Notes: generated from the sequence alone by a model not told the origin. A stretch of 64,000 nucleotides of DNA from Candidatus Borrarchaeum weybense (GCA_019057385.1 JAHQJS010000004.1:598408-662407); one strand, 5' to 3'. Shown: positions 10,652 to 21,018, numbered from the stretch's first letter. A program made the numbers and translations.

Positions 10652-12200
10652 TCAACTCAGAGTCTTATTAATAGAAGATAATCCAGGCGATGCAAGGCTA
10701 ATACAAGAAGAACTTGCTGAAACAGACCCCTTATGTCATGAAATTACCCACTTCTTTCTGTTGCATGTTGATCGGCTCTCGCAAGGCCTTGAATGCCTTA
10801 AAAACGAAAAGATCGATATTGTACTTCTGGATCTCGGATTACCAGATAGCCTAGGGCTAGATACGTTCACAAAACTATATGCTTATTCGCCACAAGTACC
10901 GATTATTGTCTTGACTGGTTTTGATGATGAGAATCTGGCAGTTAAAGCTGTGGGAGAGGGTGCACAAGATTATCTTGTCAAAGGAAAATTTGATAAAAAC
11001 CTGCTGACACGTTCTATATGCTATGCTATTGAGCGACACCGATTGATCTCAAAATTAAGAGATTATGCAGAAAACCTTGAAAAAATGGTTGAAGAGAGAA
11101 CAATGGATCTTAAAGAGTCTGAGGAGCGCTATCGCGGTTTATACGAGTCATCTATAGATGGCATTGCCACAGCAGACATGAAGGGCAATCTTATAGACTG
11201 CAATCAGGCTTTCGCGGAATTGCTCGGCTATACAAAGGAGGAACTGCTTAAACTAACCTATTGGGATCTTGCGCCTAAGAAATGGCATGAACTCACGGCA
11301 AAAATCCACGCTGAACAGGTATTAACTAGGGGCTATTCTGATGTGTATGAAAAAGAATACATGAAGAAGGATGGAACAATCTTTCCCATCTCTATTAGAT
11401 CGTGGATCATCAAAGACAAGGATGACAAGTCAGTGGGAACCTGGGCAATCGTTCAGGACATCACTGAAAGATATAAGATCATGGAAATGAAGGATCGGTT
11501 TATATCAGTCGCCACCCATGAACTTCGAACACCACTTATCTCGGTCAAGGGATACATTGACTTCCTTCTATCTAAGAATTTGAACGTAACACCCGAGTTA
11601 CTTGAGTCGAGCCTGCAAGTGGTGAATCGCAACACTGACCGGTTGATTTATCTGACCGACGAGTTGTTGGATATCCAGCGCATTAAATCTGGACGAATCT
11701 CCTTAAATTTGGAGTTTCAGGATCTTATTAATATCATAAATCATTGTATAGAGGAAATTCAACCCTTTATTGATGAGAAAAAACAAAATCTCAACTTGAA
11801 AATTCCAGAAAGGCCCTTAAAGATTCGAGTGGATCGTGTTCGCCTTAGCCAAATTATTATGAACATTCTTAATAATGCTACTAAATTTACGCCAGAAGGC
11901 GGAGACATAACGCTTGCCGTTGAAGAGACGGACGGTGTCATGCAAGTTCAAGTTTCAGACAATGGAATTGGAATTCGTGAGGAGGATTTGGAGAAAGTTT
12001 TTCGCCCCTTCTCGGACATAAAGAAGCCAACCTACATCAAGGGCACAGGTCTTGGTCTCAGCGTAACCAAAGGTCTGGTGGAAGCACATGGAGGCAGGAT
12101 CTGGGCACATTCAGATGGAGAGGATCGAGGAGCAGCTTTCACTTTTACCTTACCAAATACAGAATCAAACCCAAAACCAAAGGTAAAGGAGGTAAATTAA
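10632..12200 (+). CDS. Hybrid REC-PAS-histidine kinase
   Basis: N-terminal REC, PAS, H-box THELRTPL, NATKF, DNGIG, GTGLGL. Confidence 0.92.
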   Translation: MIIMEGNQLRVLLIEDNPGDARLIQEELAETDPLCHEITHFFLLHVDRLSQGLECLKNEKIDIVLLDLGLPDSLGLDTFTKLYAYSPQVPIIVLTGFDDENLAVKAVGEGAQDYLVKGKFDKNLLTRSICYAIERHRLISKLRDYAENLEKMVEERTMDLKESEERYRGLYESSIDGIATADMKGNLIDCNQAFAELLGYTKEELLKLTYWDLAPKKWHELTAKIHAEQVLTRGYSDVYEKEYMKKDGTIFPISIRSWIIKDKDDKSVGTWAIVQDITERYKIMEMKDRFISVATHELRTPLISVKGYIDFLLSKNLNVTPELLESSLQVVNRNTDRLIYLTDELLDIQRIKSGRISLNLEFQDLINIINHCIEEIQPFIDEKKQNLNLKIPERPLKIRVDRVRLSQIIMNILNNATKFTPEGGDITLAVEETDGVMQVQVSDNGIGIREEDLEKVFRPFSDIKKPTYIKGTGLGLSVTKGLVEAHGGRIWAHSDGEDRGAAFTFTLPNTESNPKPKVKEVN

Positions 12201-12202
12201 TT

Positions 12203-13075
12203 TTGACAGATAAAATTTTGATTGTAGATGACGAACCAGATACTGTTAACCTAGCAAAAATGATTTTGGAGAGAGATGGCTACCACGTAATTAGTGCATA
12301 TAATTGGGATGACGCTATAAAGAAGGCGGAATCGGAGATGCCGGACTTTATCTACTTAGACATGGTTATGCCAGGTAAAAGTGGCTTGGAGGTCTGCAAA
12401 ATTTTGAAGGCCCAGCCCAAGACCAAGAAAATTCCGGTAGTGATGTTTACAGCTCTTGGACGGGATGTTGATAAAAAGTTAAGCAAGGAAGCCGGGGCTG
12501 ACGGTCATTTTTTGAAACCCTTCGAGGCTGAGGATTTAATTGCCGAGATAAAAAAACATCTAAAATTTATTCGCCCTGAAAAGTTTTCTAATACCCTGGA
12601 ACTTGATCATGAACGGTTAAAGGGTAGAAAAATCCTGCTAGAGTTCGATCCCGTAGTTCCTTATGAAAGGGTGGTCAGAGATTTTGTGATGGAATGTCAG
12701 GTACACGAAGAAGTAATTGTTCTCTTAGGAAACAAAGCAAGTGTAGTCTATCAAACGCTTCAAAAATATGATGGTCTAGAGTTTATCGCTTTGATCCCCC
12801 AACCGATACTTACCCCTATTCTAGAGACAAATGCTGGAACACCAGTAAACATAATCTGTGATAATCTAACAGACCTTATTTTCTCTATGGGCTTCCAGGC
12901 CACATATAAATTCATAAAACACACGTTAGAACGACTAACCACAGTTTTATCGACTGCCCTATTTCTTTTGAACCCCAAAGCTCACCCGTCAAACGAAACC
13001 TATAGTATCAGAAGCCTCTTTAGCGATCAAATAACCTTTGGAAAAGATGGACTGACAATTAATAAGTTAACTTAA
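12203..13075 (+). CDS. Response regulator with REC fused to an inactivated KaiC/RecA-fold (DUF835-like) output domain
   Basis: REC (IVDDEP, LDMVMP, KPF); C-terminal ILLEFDP...IICDNLTDL...LFLLNPKAH...LFSDQI pattern lacking a Walker A lysine. Confidence 0.7.
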   Translation: MTDKILIVDDEPDTVNLAKMILERDGYHVISAYNWDDAIKKAESEMPDFIYLDMVMPGKSGLEVCKILKAQPKTKKIPVVMFTALGRDVDKKLSKEAGADGHFLKPFEAEDLIAEIKKHLKFIRPEKFSNTLELDHERLKGRKILLEFDPVVPYERVVRDFVMECQVHEEVIVLLGNKASVVYQTLQKYDGLEFIALIPQPILTPILETNAGTPVNIICDNLTDLIFSMGFQATYKFIKHTLERLTTVLSTALFLLNPKAHPSNETYSIRSLFSDQITFGKDGLTINKLT

Positions 13076-13288
13076 TTCGGAGGCAAAAATTTGTGCGTTG
13101 ATCTTGAGAATTAAGGAAATCCAAGAATACCATCGCAAGGCACCGAAGAACTCATAAAAGGACACTAGAGCACCAGAAAACTGAAGGAACTCATAATTTG
13201 ACGTGAGATCATGTTGATGCCAGACTTCAAGGTCTGACAAAGCGATCCCAAGATTCTTGAAGTTCGAATATTAAGTGGTAGACAATCA

Positions 13289-13493
13289 GTGAGCTACCTC
13301 ATGCTCAAGCGCTGAGGCTTCCTGCTTCAACGACAGACTCGATCTCCTTGACGGGTTACGGAGGTCTCGATGTTCACAGGCTTAATATCCCTATGCCCCG
13401 TAGGTACTCATAGGCTCTATCACCAACAAAGTATATAAACCCAAGTCATTCATCACCACGCTACAGCAATGGTGCTTTCTTGCTTAGTTGTTT
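13289..13493 (-). mobile_element. Non-autonomous IS200/IS605 mini-element: left end + promoter + tnpB 3' end/omega-RNA + right end
   Basis: On the minus strand, target TTAC (13494-13497) is followed 15 nt later by guide AAAG and a hairpin, then TTTATATA, a VPTGHRDIKPV tnpB-tail remnant, and GAAG-hairpin-TAGCTCAC. The left end closely matches 62577-62650. Confidence 0.8.
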
Positions 13494-13636
13494 GTAAGAA
13501 TTATTGATGGTTACTCTCGTCTAAATTATGTAAATAATAACATTTGAATTAAATCAAAAAAAATATGAATAAGTTAAGTGGGTTTTACTCAGAGTATTTC
13601 TCTCTGTTAATTTAAGGTAAATTTAAGATCTGTGAG

Positions 13637-14317
13637 GTGCTTCAGATGGAACGTTTGAATACAGGAATTAGAGGTTTAGACCAACTTATTGATGACGGAA
13701 TTCCCCGCTCATGGGTTATTCTCATTAAAGGGCCAGCCGGCTGTGGAAAAACAACTTTTGGTCTTCAGTTTTTGTGTTATGGCGCAGAAAATGACGAGTT
13801 TGGTATTTATATCACTATAGGTGAGCCAATATCACATGTAAAAAAATATATTCGATTTAACTTGAATCTGGAAAAATTAACAACAGAAGGCAAGCTTATT
13901 CTTGTTGATACAAAACTCATAAAACTTTCTGATCTCAGTGAGATTTTACAAGATGCAATAGGTAAGTATAACGCACAAAGAATTGTTATTGACTCATTTA
14001 CATCTCTCATTTCCCTCTATAAAGATGAACCGACACTTCGTCAAGAATTTTCTAATTTTCTTGATGTGGTAAGACAAGTGAAGAATGCCACGTGGATGAT
14101 TATAGAAGAAGGAACGCCGCGCTCTCCTGATGCCCTTAGTGAGTTTATGGCAGATGGAGTTATTAATCTCACTTATTTCTTAAGAGGAAACCATCGTGTT
14201 AGGGGAATAGAGATTACTAAGATGAGAGGAACTGCGCATTCTGAAGGAATTCATCTCTATAAGTTTAATGAAGATGGAATTACGGTGTATCCCGAGGAAA
14301 AAGTGTTTGAAATGTAA
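13637..14317 (+). CDS. Single-domain KaiC-like ATPase (RAD55/KaiC family)
   Basis: TGIRGLD, Walker A GPAGCGKT, IVIDS, KMRGT. Confidence 0.9.
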   Translation: MLQMERLNTGIRGLDQLIDDGIPRSWVILIKGPAGCGKTTFGLQFLCYGAENDEFGIYITIGEPISHVKKYIRFNLNLEKLTTEGKLILVDTKLIKLSDLSEILQDAIGKYNAQRIVIDSFTSLISLYKDEPTLRQEFSNFLDVVRQVKNATWMIIEEGTPRSPDALSEFMADGVINLTYFLRGNHRVRGIEITKMRGTAHSEGIHLYKFNEDGITVYPEEKVFEM

Positions 14318-14449
14318 TTGTGATCGTATCTATTGGCGGACATTGTATTCTGAATGTAATTCTAAGATATTCTATCATATAACTTGACACAAAAAAATGA
14401 TTCGATCCAATTTGCAAGTCACACAAAGATGATTATCGAGGTATGACAC

Positions 14450-14968
14450 GTGTTCCTGCTCGTGAAAGTGATCGTTATTGGCGATGGGGCTGTCGGGAAA
14501 ACAACTCTATCAACTCACTTCACATTCAGCAAATTTATTGAATATTACAAAATGACAATAGGAGTAGATTTTTTTGCGAAAGATGTGAAGATAGGAAAGG
14601 ATGTAGTCAGATTGCAAATTTGGGATATGGCAGGTCAAGAAAAGTTCGCATTCATGCGCCCTAATTATTATGACGGTGCAAGCGGAGGATTTTTAGTATA
14701 CGATGTAACTCGTCCTGAAACCTTTAAGGATCTTGATATGTGGCTACACGAGGTATATAAAAGATGCGGGAAGATTCCTCTTTTTTTGTTAGGCAATAAA
14801 ATAGATTTAGAGACTCGCAAGGTTAAAAACTCGCAAGCCGAACAATACGCGGAAAAACAGGGACTAACGTATTACGAAACCTCTGCGAAAACAGGAGAAT
14901 GCGTCTTTGATGTCTTTTCTAAGCTAGCACATACGTTATATAATAAATATTTAGAGTCTGGGAATTAA
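14450..14968 (+). CDS. Rab-like small GTPase
   Basis: GDGAVGKT, TIGVDF, WDMAGQE, NKID, ETSAK; no C-terminal Cys prenylation motif. Confidence 0.93.
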   Translation: MFLLVKVIVIGDGAVGKTTLSTHFTFSKFIEYYKMTIGVDFFAKDVKIGKDVVRLQIWDMAGQEKFAFMRPNYYDGASGGFLVYDVTRPETFKDLDMWLHEVYKRCGKIPLFLLGNKIDLETRKVKNSQAEQYAEKQGLTYYETSAKTGECVFDVFSKLAHTLYNKYLESGN

Positions 14969-15080
14969 GCATTATGGTTGATAAGGATCTTGAAGAAATA
15001 GCATTAAAGAGGTTTCGCACAATTAGAAACATACAAAACCTCTATTTAAAATCTGATGGAAAAAATCGGAGAAATTAGAT

Positions 15081-16286
15081 GTGATTTTAAGCGTTTACAT
15101 CATCAATTCTTTCTCTGGCCTTTGCCTATTATCATGGTCAAGAATACTAAAGAAATTTGATGATACTTTAATTGGTGGCTTTCTCATTGCAATAAGCAGA
15201 TTTGGTCGAGAAATTGGGGGAGAAAACGCCCAATTTGTTGATTTTCGTGAAAGGAAATTCATATTTGCATACAAAGACAAGCTGATTTTTGTTATTGAAA
15301 TAACAAGTTATAAAGAAGTGCAAATAGGACGTAGACTTCTGCAACAAATAATGGTTGCATTTTTCAGGGACTATGGAGGCGCGAAAGAAATAATCACTGA
15401 AACTGATGTCTCGATATTGTGGCCTTTTTGTGATACAATTGAAGAACTGATTTCAAGTCAAATTGTTGAATTAGAAAGGCTAGTCGAAAGCATTCAAAAA
15501 AGTTCAAAGGCCTCAGGCATACTATTGCTAAATTTAAGTGGAGACATATTCAGTACCACGCCAAGACAAATAGTAGATCTTGGCGAGAAATTTATCAAGA
15601 GCGTTAAAATGATACTTAGTGCTCACGAGTCAGTTACAAAAGATGATAGTCCATTTGAGATCGTCATTAATGGACTTCATCAGACTTTTTACAGCCGCCG
15701 AATAATTGGAGATCATTTTATCGTGGTTTACGGACCAAAGGAAATGGGAGAGGATAATTTAAGGATCTTAATTCAGGGACATCTAGATGAACTTGCGAGC
15801 GTCTTAATGACTTTTGGTCATATTAGACCAAGAGCAGTAGGTACGGAGACCACAATTCAGAAATTTCTGGAATGGAGTGCTAAACACCCCCTGTTGTCAC
15901 AATTAAGATTTCAAGAGTATGAAGCTTATTTCGATACTATAATAAATGCAGAAAAAGGGCTTTACGAATTTGATTGTGTCCTAAAATCGCCGACTAATAT
16001 TGCATTTATTCGAATTTATAGACATTTTGGCCAATCTGATAGCAAATTCATCCAAAGATTTTTAGATGATGCTAATTCGGTATGCAGAAAACTAGATTCC
16101 TCGCCAGTTTTGTTTTTAGCCATAAGTAAAGATAATTTCTCAAAGAAGGCTAGGGAAATCATAAAAAAAACAATGATACAGTATAAAGACAAGTATTTTC
16201 AATTAGTTCTTTGTAAGCAAACTAACGATGAATTTCAAATTATTGAAGGATTAAGAGATAAAAAAAGCAAAGGAGGAATTCTTTGA
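15081..16286 (+). CDS. Longin + roadblock + degenerate PD-(D/E)xK (Mrr-like) fusion protein
   Basis: N-terminal VYIIN..SGLCL..LIGGFLIAISRF (longin); middle GILLLNLSGDI..IVING..HFIVVYG (roadblock); C-terminal YEFDCVL..FLAIS..FSKKA (restriction-endonuclease-like, ExK absent). Confidence 0.6.
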   Translation: MILSVYIINSFSGLCLLSWSRILKKFDDTLIGGFLIAISRFGREIGGENAQFVDFRERKFIFAYKDKLIFVIEITSYKEVQIGRRLLQQIMVAFFRDYGGAKEIITETDVSILWPFCDTIEELISSQIVELERLVESIQKSSKASGILLLNLSGDIFSTTPRQIVDLGEKFIKSVKMILSAHESVTKDDSPFEIVINGLHQTFYSRRIIGDHFIVVYGPKEMGEDNLRILIQGHLDELASVLMTFGHIRPRAVGTETTIQKFLEWSAKHPLLSQLRFQEYEAYFDTIINAEKGLYEFDCVLKSPTNIAFIRIYRHFGQSDSKFIQRFLDDANSVCRKLDSSPVLFLAISKDNFSKKAREIIKKTMIQYKDKYFQLVLCKQTNDEFQIIEGLRDKKSKGGIL

Positions 16287-17035
16287 GGAAAGTTCCCACA
16301 GGAATTAAAGGGCTTGACAAATTACTTGAAGGTGGTGTTCCCGAAAGTTGGGGGGTTCTGTTGACTGGTAGCACTGGAACAGGGAAAACAACTCTTGCAG
16401 TACAATATCTATACAATGGCTGTGTGCAATATGACGAGCCCGGAGTATTTGTTAGTTTAGAAGAAGACAATCAGAAGATTGCGCGTGTGATGAGATTATT
16501 TGGATGGGATCTTGAGGTTCTACAGAACGACAAGAAACTTGTAATGATAAATGCTGTTCCAAAAAGAACTCCCGGCAAATCAGGATACGTTATTGAAACC
16601 CCATTTTTTTCTCGAACCTTTAGCTTTGATTCAATTTGCGATTTACTAGAAGACAAGATAAAGGAAACAAACGCAAAACGCGTTGTCATTGATGGCTTAA
16701 GCGGTCTCACACTTCAATATCAGAACGAATTCGAAATTCGACAAGGTCTTTTAGATATTACAAATGTCATTAGCGAAGCAGGCTGCACTTCGCTCTATAC
16801 TTCAGAAATGCCTGAGGGAAAACCAGGGATCAGCAGATTTGGAGTCGAAGAATTCATCGCTTCTGGTGTCATTGTACTTTATTATCTTCGTGAAAGAGGA
16901 AAAAGAATACGTGCCATAGAAATTCGAAAAATGCGAGGTACTAACCATGACGAATCTCTGCATCCATATAAAATTACTGAAAAAGGAATCGTCGTCTTTC
17001 CGGAAGAAATAATTTTTATGGAAAAAGATGTGTAA
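16283..17035 (+). CDS. Single-domain KaiC-like ATPase
   Basis: GSTGTGKT, SLEE, VVIDG, GVEEF, KMRGT; TTGA overlap with the upstream gene. Confidence 0.92.
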   Translation: MRKVPTGIKGLDKLLEGGVPESWGVLLTGSTGTGKTTLAVQYLYNGCVQYDEPGVFVSLEEDNQKIARVMRLFGWDLEVLQNDKKLVMINAVPKRTPGKSGYVIETPFFSRTFSFDSICDLLEDKIKETNAKRVVIDGLSGLTLQYQNEFEIRQGLLDITNVISEAGCTSLYTSEMPEGKPGISRFGVEEFIASGVIVLYYLRERGKRIRAIEIRKMRGTNHDESLHPYKITEKGIVVFPEEIIFMEKDV

Positions 17036-17629
17036 AAAATAAAAAGAAAATAAGAACTTTAGCGAAACCGCGCCTTTTTATGATGAAATTGCCGTTGAGA
17101 GGATATTATTTGTTTGAGGAACTCTGATTCACTTATGATGCGGATAATTACTTTTCACTAGTCTTACTAACCTGTTTTTGTAATCTAAAATACAACTATA
17201 TTTATTTTTCACAATTAAATCTTAATTTTTCGCAAAATAGTAGAGAAGTAATTATAAAACTGCGAATTATCTTTTTAGTATTAATTTATTTTGAAAAAAC
17301 TCTGCAATTTGAAAATGTTATAGAGGAAACTTGTACTAGATAGAGCTCAATTTGTTATAGAAACCGCATTTTTCTTATTAAAAGAGAAATATATTGTGAT
17401 ATCACTTAAGAAAATCGCGAATATAGTCTAATGACTATTATTTTTCTCGGAAATTTTTTCCAGAAACTTAAAAAGTAAGATCTTTGCATCATAATACTCA
17501 TACTTCTTATGAAGGATCAAAGGGCAATAAACACAAGCGTTTAGAATAGAACAAAGAACGCAACGTGTCTAACTATTTTGTCGATAACATAAGCAAAAAT
17601 CCGAAAAAAATCCGCGAGGGTTAATTTCA

Positions 17630-18100
17630 TTGAAAGAGGACGAATTAATCAGCCGTAAACACACACAAACTTCAGATAAGGAGAAAGCAAAAAAAGATCC
17701 TATTTCTGGTACCGGAAATATTTTGATAATGGAAGATGACGATGTTATCAGAGAGGCACTAGGAGAGATATTAACTCATTTAGGCTATCAGATTGAACTC
17801 GCTAAGAATGGTGAAGAAGCTATCTCTTTGTTTAAAGCAGCAAAATCAGTAGGACAGTCTTTTAATTTAGTAATAATAGATTTAACAATTCGTTGTGGGA
17901 TGGGCGGCAAAGAAGCAATTATGAAGTTGCTTGAAATAGATCCTAATGTTAAAGCTCTTGTTTCCAGCGCCTATTCAATAGAATCAGTTATGTCTGATTA
18001 TAAGAGTTACGGATTCTGCGGCGTTGTTTCCAAACCCTACAATATTTCAGAATTAAGTGAAATCATATCGGAAATAATTGGTAGTAATTGCGTAAAATGA
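17630..18100 (+). CDS. Orphan receiver domain resembling the C-terminal REC of hybrid kinases
   Basis: GTGNILIMEDD, DLTI..GMGGKE, VSSAYS, KPY. Confidence 0.8.
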   Translation: MKEDELISRKHTQTSDKEKAKKDPISGTGNILIMEDDDVIREALGEILTHLGYQIELAKNGEEAISLFKAAKSVGQSFNLVIIDLTIRCGMGGKEAIMKLLEIDPNVKALVSSAYSIESVMSDYKSYGFCGVVSKPYNISELSEIISEIIGSNCVK

Positions 18101-18123
18101 GCCTTTCATGCAATTATTCCTTT

Positions 18124-20157
18124 TTAGATTAGTGCTTTGTATATCGTTACAGCATTATTCTTAAACGCAATTTCAAATAAATCAGGATGCTCATTAAATC
18201 TTTGCAGTTCTTCCATTGTGAATTTTTGGCGTTCTCTTGGAGATACAAGTACGTAGTTCACATCATATTTTTTTAAGAGATCAGAAACAAGGTTTTCATT
18301 ATCTGAGGTGTACATTGAAATTGTGTCGTTATATCTCTGATCAAAGTATAAACGTTGGCTCTCTACGTGAATTTCACTCCCTACAACGACTCTCCTTGCT
18401 CCATACATGATAAGAGGACTTGGTGCTTCTATAGAAAGTGAAGGGGCAACTAAGAATACTGCATCTGAAGATGTATTTGCTTTAACCCAATTATATGCCT
18501 CCATCTCTTCTTCAGTGATGATATAATAGGGTGTTTCCATCGTAGCAGTAGTATACCATCTTTGCCAGAAAGGAACAAAAGCAATAATCATAATTATAAT
18601 AAGTACTATAAGAGGCATTGAAGAGATTCGAATCCTTTTGTTCACAAGATTCATTGTTTCTTTAATCCCGACTGCGCCTAAGAAGACTACTGGGATTGTT
18701 ATGGAGTAATAATAGGTATAATTACCGCCACGATACAAGTGCGTAAATACTATAAAGAGGATTGTACATAATATCCACGATCCAAGTAGTAGAGATAATT
18801 TATGCTCTTTTTTGATTTGCGTCAAAAATCCTATACACCCGAATATAGAACAGACACCAAAGTAGATGAGTATCGCTTGTATAGATTGCAAAGGAACAAA
18901 AAGTCCAACTAAAGGTCTTATTCGGAAATATCCGCCAGGGTTTCCTCTCGCTAGATCTATAAGATATGGAGCGAATGTGACGGTGTATGCTCCAAATGGT
19001 ATCATTGATGCAATTGTTGAAAGTGTAAATATTATGCTTTCTTTATACTTCCTTAATGACAATAAGATGAGATAGAAGATTGCAAAAGTCCCTATAATCG
19101 TAAGGTGAAGAATTGGATGGTAAAATGGCAATGCTGCAAGAAGAGCGAATGCTATAATATAAAACCGTTTAGTTTTTTGTATTAAATAAGAATAGAGAAA
19201 AAAAGCAAATAGTACTGCAACAATATATCCTGGTGCACGTATGAAGCCAGAATAAAGGGATTCGATAGCTAAAGCCCTCACAAATACTTGTGGTCCTGGT
19301 GTCCTTTGATATAGTGCAAAAAGTGGAAATGTACCTGTCTCTATGGCAACAATGAGCCAATAAATAGCAATGCCAACTGACATAAGATATGCAGCTATTA
19401 GCCCTGCCTTTTTACTCTTAAATGTATCGACAACAAAAATAAAACACAAAGCGATAAATATCGTATTCATTGTAGCGTTTTGAATTATCATAGTTAAAAC
19501 TACATTGATTCCACTCGTTTTCATTATAGCTGCATAGTGAAGCATGTATAACCATGGATAGGTAAGCACAACCCCTGCATATTCGGGGGTCTGAGGAGGG
19601 ATACTGCGTGCACATTCCTCTATAATTGCACAATACCAGAAATGATCAATAGGATCGAAATAGAAGAGAGTATTTCCCTGATCAACGCGAATCAACAGAG
19701 TGTAAAAGACTATGTTGTTTGAAAATTGAAATAAGAGTAAAATGGCTAGTATAACTAACGTTATTTTTTGAAATGGCACTCCAGAGTAATTAATCGTTCT
19801 GTTTACATATTGAGAGAACAGAATGCCAATAGCAAGGGCAACATCAATAGATAAAACAATAAGCCAAATGCTAAGTCTTCCAAAAATACTTCCTAAAGGC
19901 AAGATGATTAACGGAGATGCAACTATGTTCAAAGCTGCTGAAAAAAGCAGCATACGTATTCTGTCAGTTTGGATTTGTAAGAAAAATCTTAATAGAATAT
20001 AACCAGGCAAAATATTTAGAAGAGAGATATACACTAGACTGCGAAATGGGTTGATAAAGAAGAACGATATATTAAGCAAGAACATTGAAATAATCAAAAT
20101 TTTTTCTGAGTTCCATATAGGAAGCAACCTTGCTTTCGCTTCATCAAAGGTTTTCAT
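18124..20157 (-). CDS. Polytopic membrane protein, probable GT-C-fold glycosyltransferase
   Basis: Many TM helices, external loop D..W..P..P.YAG..L.YPW.Y, C-terminal soluble domain (WVKANT, YDVNYVLV). Confidence 0.6.
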   Translation of the reverse strand: MKTFDEAKARLLPIWNSEKILIISMFLLNISFFFINPFRSLVYISLLNILPGYILLRFFLQIQTDRIRMLLFSAALNIVASPLIILPLGSIFGRLSIWLIVLSIDVALAIGILFSQYVNRTINYSGVPFQKITLVILAILLLFQFSNNIVFYTLLIRVDQGNTLFYFDPIDHFWYCAIIEECARSIPPQTPEYAGVVLTYPWLYMLHYAAIMKTSGINVVLTMIIQNATMNTIFIALCFIFVVDTFKSKKAGLIAAYLMSVGIAIYWLIVAIETGTFPLFALYQRTPGPQVFVRALAIESLYSGFIRAPGYIVAVLFAFFLYSYLIQKTKRFYIIAFALLAALPFYHPILHLTIIGTFAIFYLILLSLRKYKESIIFTLSTIASMIPFGAYTVTFAPYLIDLARGNPGGYFRIRPLVGLFVPLQSIQAILIYFGVCSIFGCIGFLTQIKKEHKLSLLLGSWILCTILFIVFTHLYRGGNYTYYYSITIPVVFLGAVGIKETMNLVNKRIRISSMPLIVLIIIMIIAFVPFWQRWYTTATMETPYYIITEEEMEAYNWVKANTSSDAVFLVAPSLSIEAPSPLIMYGARRVVVGSEIHVESQRLYFDQRYNDTISMYTSDNENLVSDLLKKYDVNYVLVSPRERQKFTMEELQRFNEHPDLFEIAFKNNAVTIYKALI

Positions 20158-20298
20158 TTTAAGACGTTATCCTTTGTTTGTTCTATCAGTTTCTACAATG
20201 TATCTGGATTTATAAAATATATTTAGGCAATGAGTCTGCAGCTTGAATAATTTATAGCATTTGCGAATCTATCTTTTTTTCAATTAGGGTGATTTTTT

Positions 20299-21018
20299 AT
20301 GTTACTTGAAGAAATGAGTTGGAATATAGTCGAAGAAATGCTAGAAACAGTTAAAACGATAATTTTGCCTTATGGTTCATGTGAAGCACATGGTTTTCAT
20401 GCTCCCCTCTTCACGGACACTAAACTTGCTTTTGAGATTGCAAATAAGGCAGCAGAAGAATTAAACGTTTTTATTGCCCCCGTTATTCCGTACGGAATTT
20501 GTAGAACGACAAGAGGATTTAGCGGAACTCTTAGTCTATCATTTGATTCGCTCAAAATCCTAACTTATGATCTTATTAAAGAACTTGCTGAAACTGGCTT
20601 CGAAGAGATAATTTTATTCACAGCACACTGTGGAAAAAGTCAGATGATAGCCTTAAGGGAAGCAGGATTCTCTTACACAAAAAACTCTCACAAATCTAAG
20701 GTTTTTCTTGTTTCTGCAGCTGATTTGGTGGATGAACGCATAAAGAAATTGACGGAATCTCCGCTTTACCATGCTGATGAACTCGAAACTTCTTTGATGC
20801 TGTTTCTAGAGCCTTCTTTGGTTAATATGGATAAAGCAGTCAAAGAAACTCCTCAAGTACCTAAGTACCTTATTAAAACAACTGGAAGACCCTGGATGAA
20901 GTCAAGTGTCTTAGGAGATGCCACAAAAGCTTCTTATGAGAAAGGTGAAAAAATCTTCAATTTGTTAGTCGATAACCTCGTACAAATTATTAAGGACTTC
21001 CAGACCCCATTGATGTAA
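20299..21018 (+). CDS. Creatininase / creatinine amidohydrolase family
   Basis: PYGSCEAHGFHAPLFTD, FSGTLS, HADELETS. Confidence 0.88.
   Translation: MLLEEMSWNIVEEMLETVKTIILPYGSCEAHGFHAPLFTDTKLAFEIANKAAEELNVFIAPVIPYGICRTTRGFSGTLSLSFDSLKILTYDLIKELAETGFEEIILFTAHCGKSQMIALREAGFSYTKNSHKSKVFLVSAADLVDERIKKLTESPLYHADELETSLMLFLEPSLVNMDKAVKETPQVPKYLIKTTGRPWMKSSVLGDATKASYEKGEKIFNLLVDNLVQIIKDFQTPLM

Noticed and set aside
13637-17035. Circadian KaiABC clock
   Set aside because: Single-domain KaiC homologs only; no kaiA or kaiB seen.
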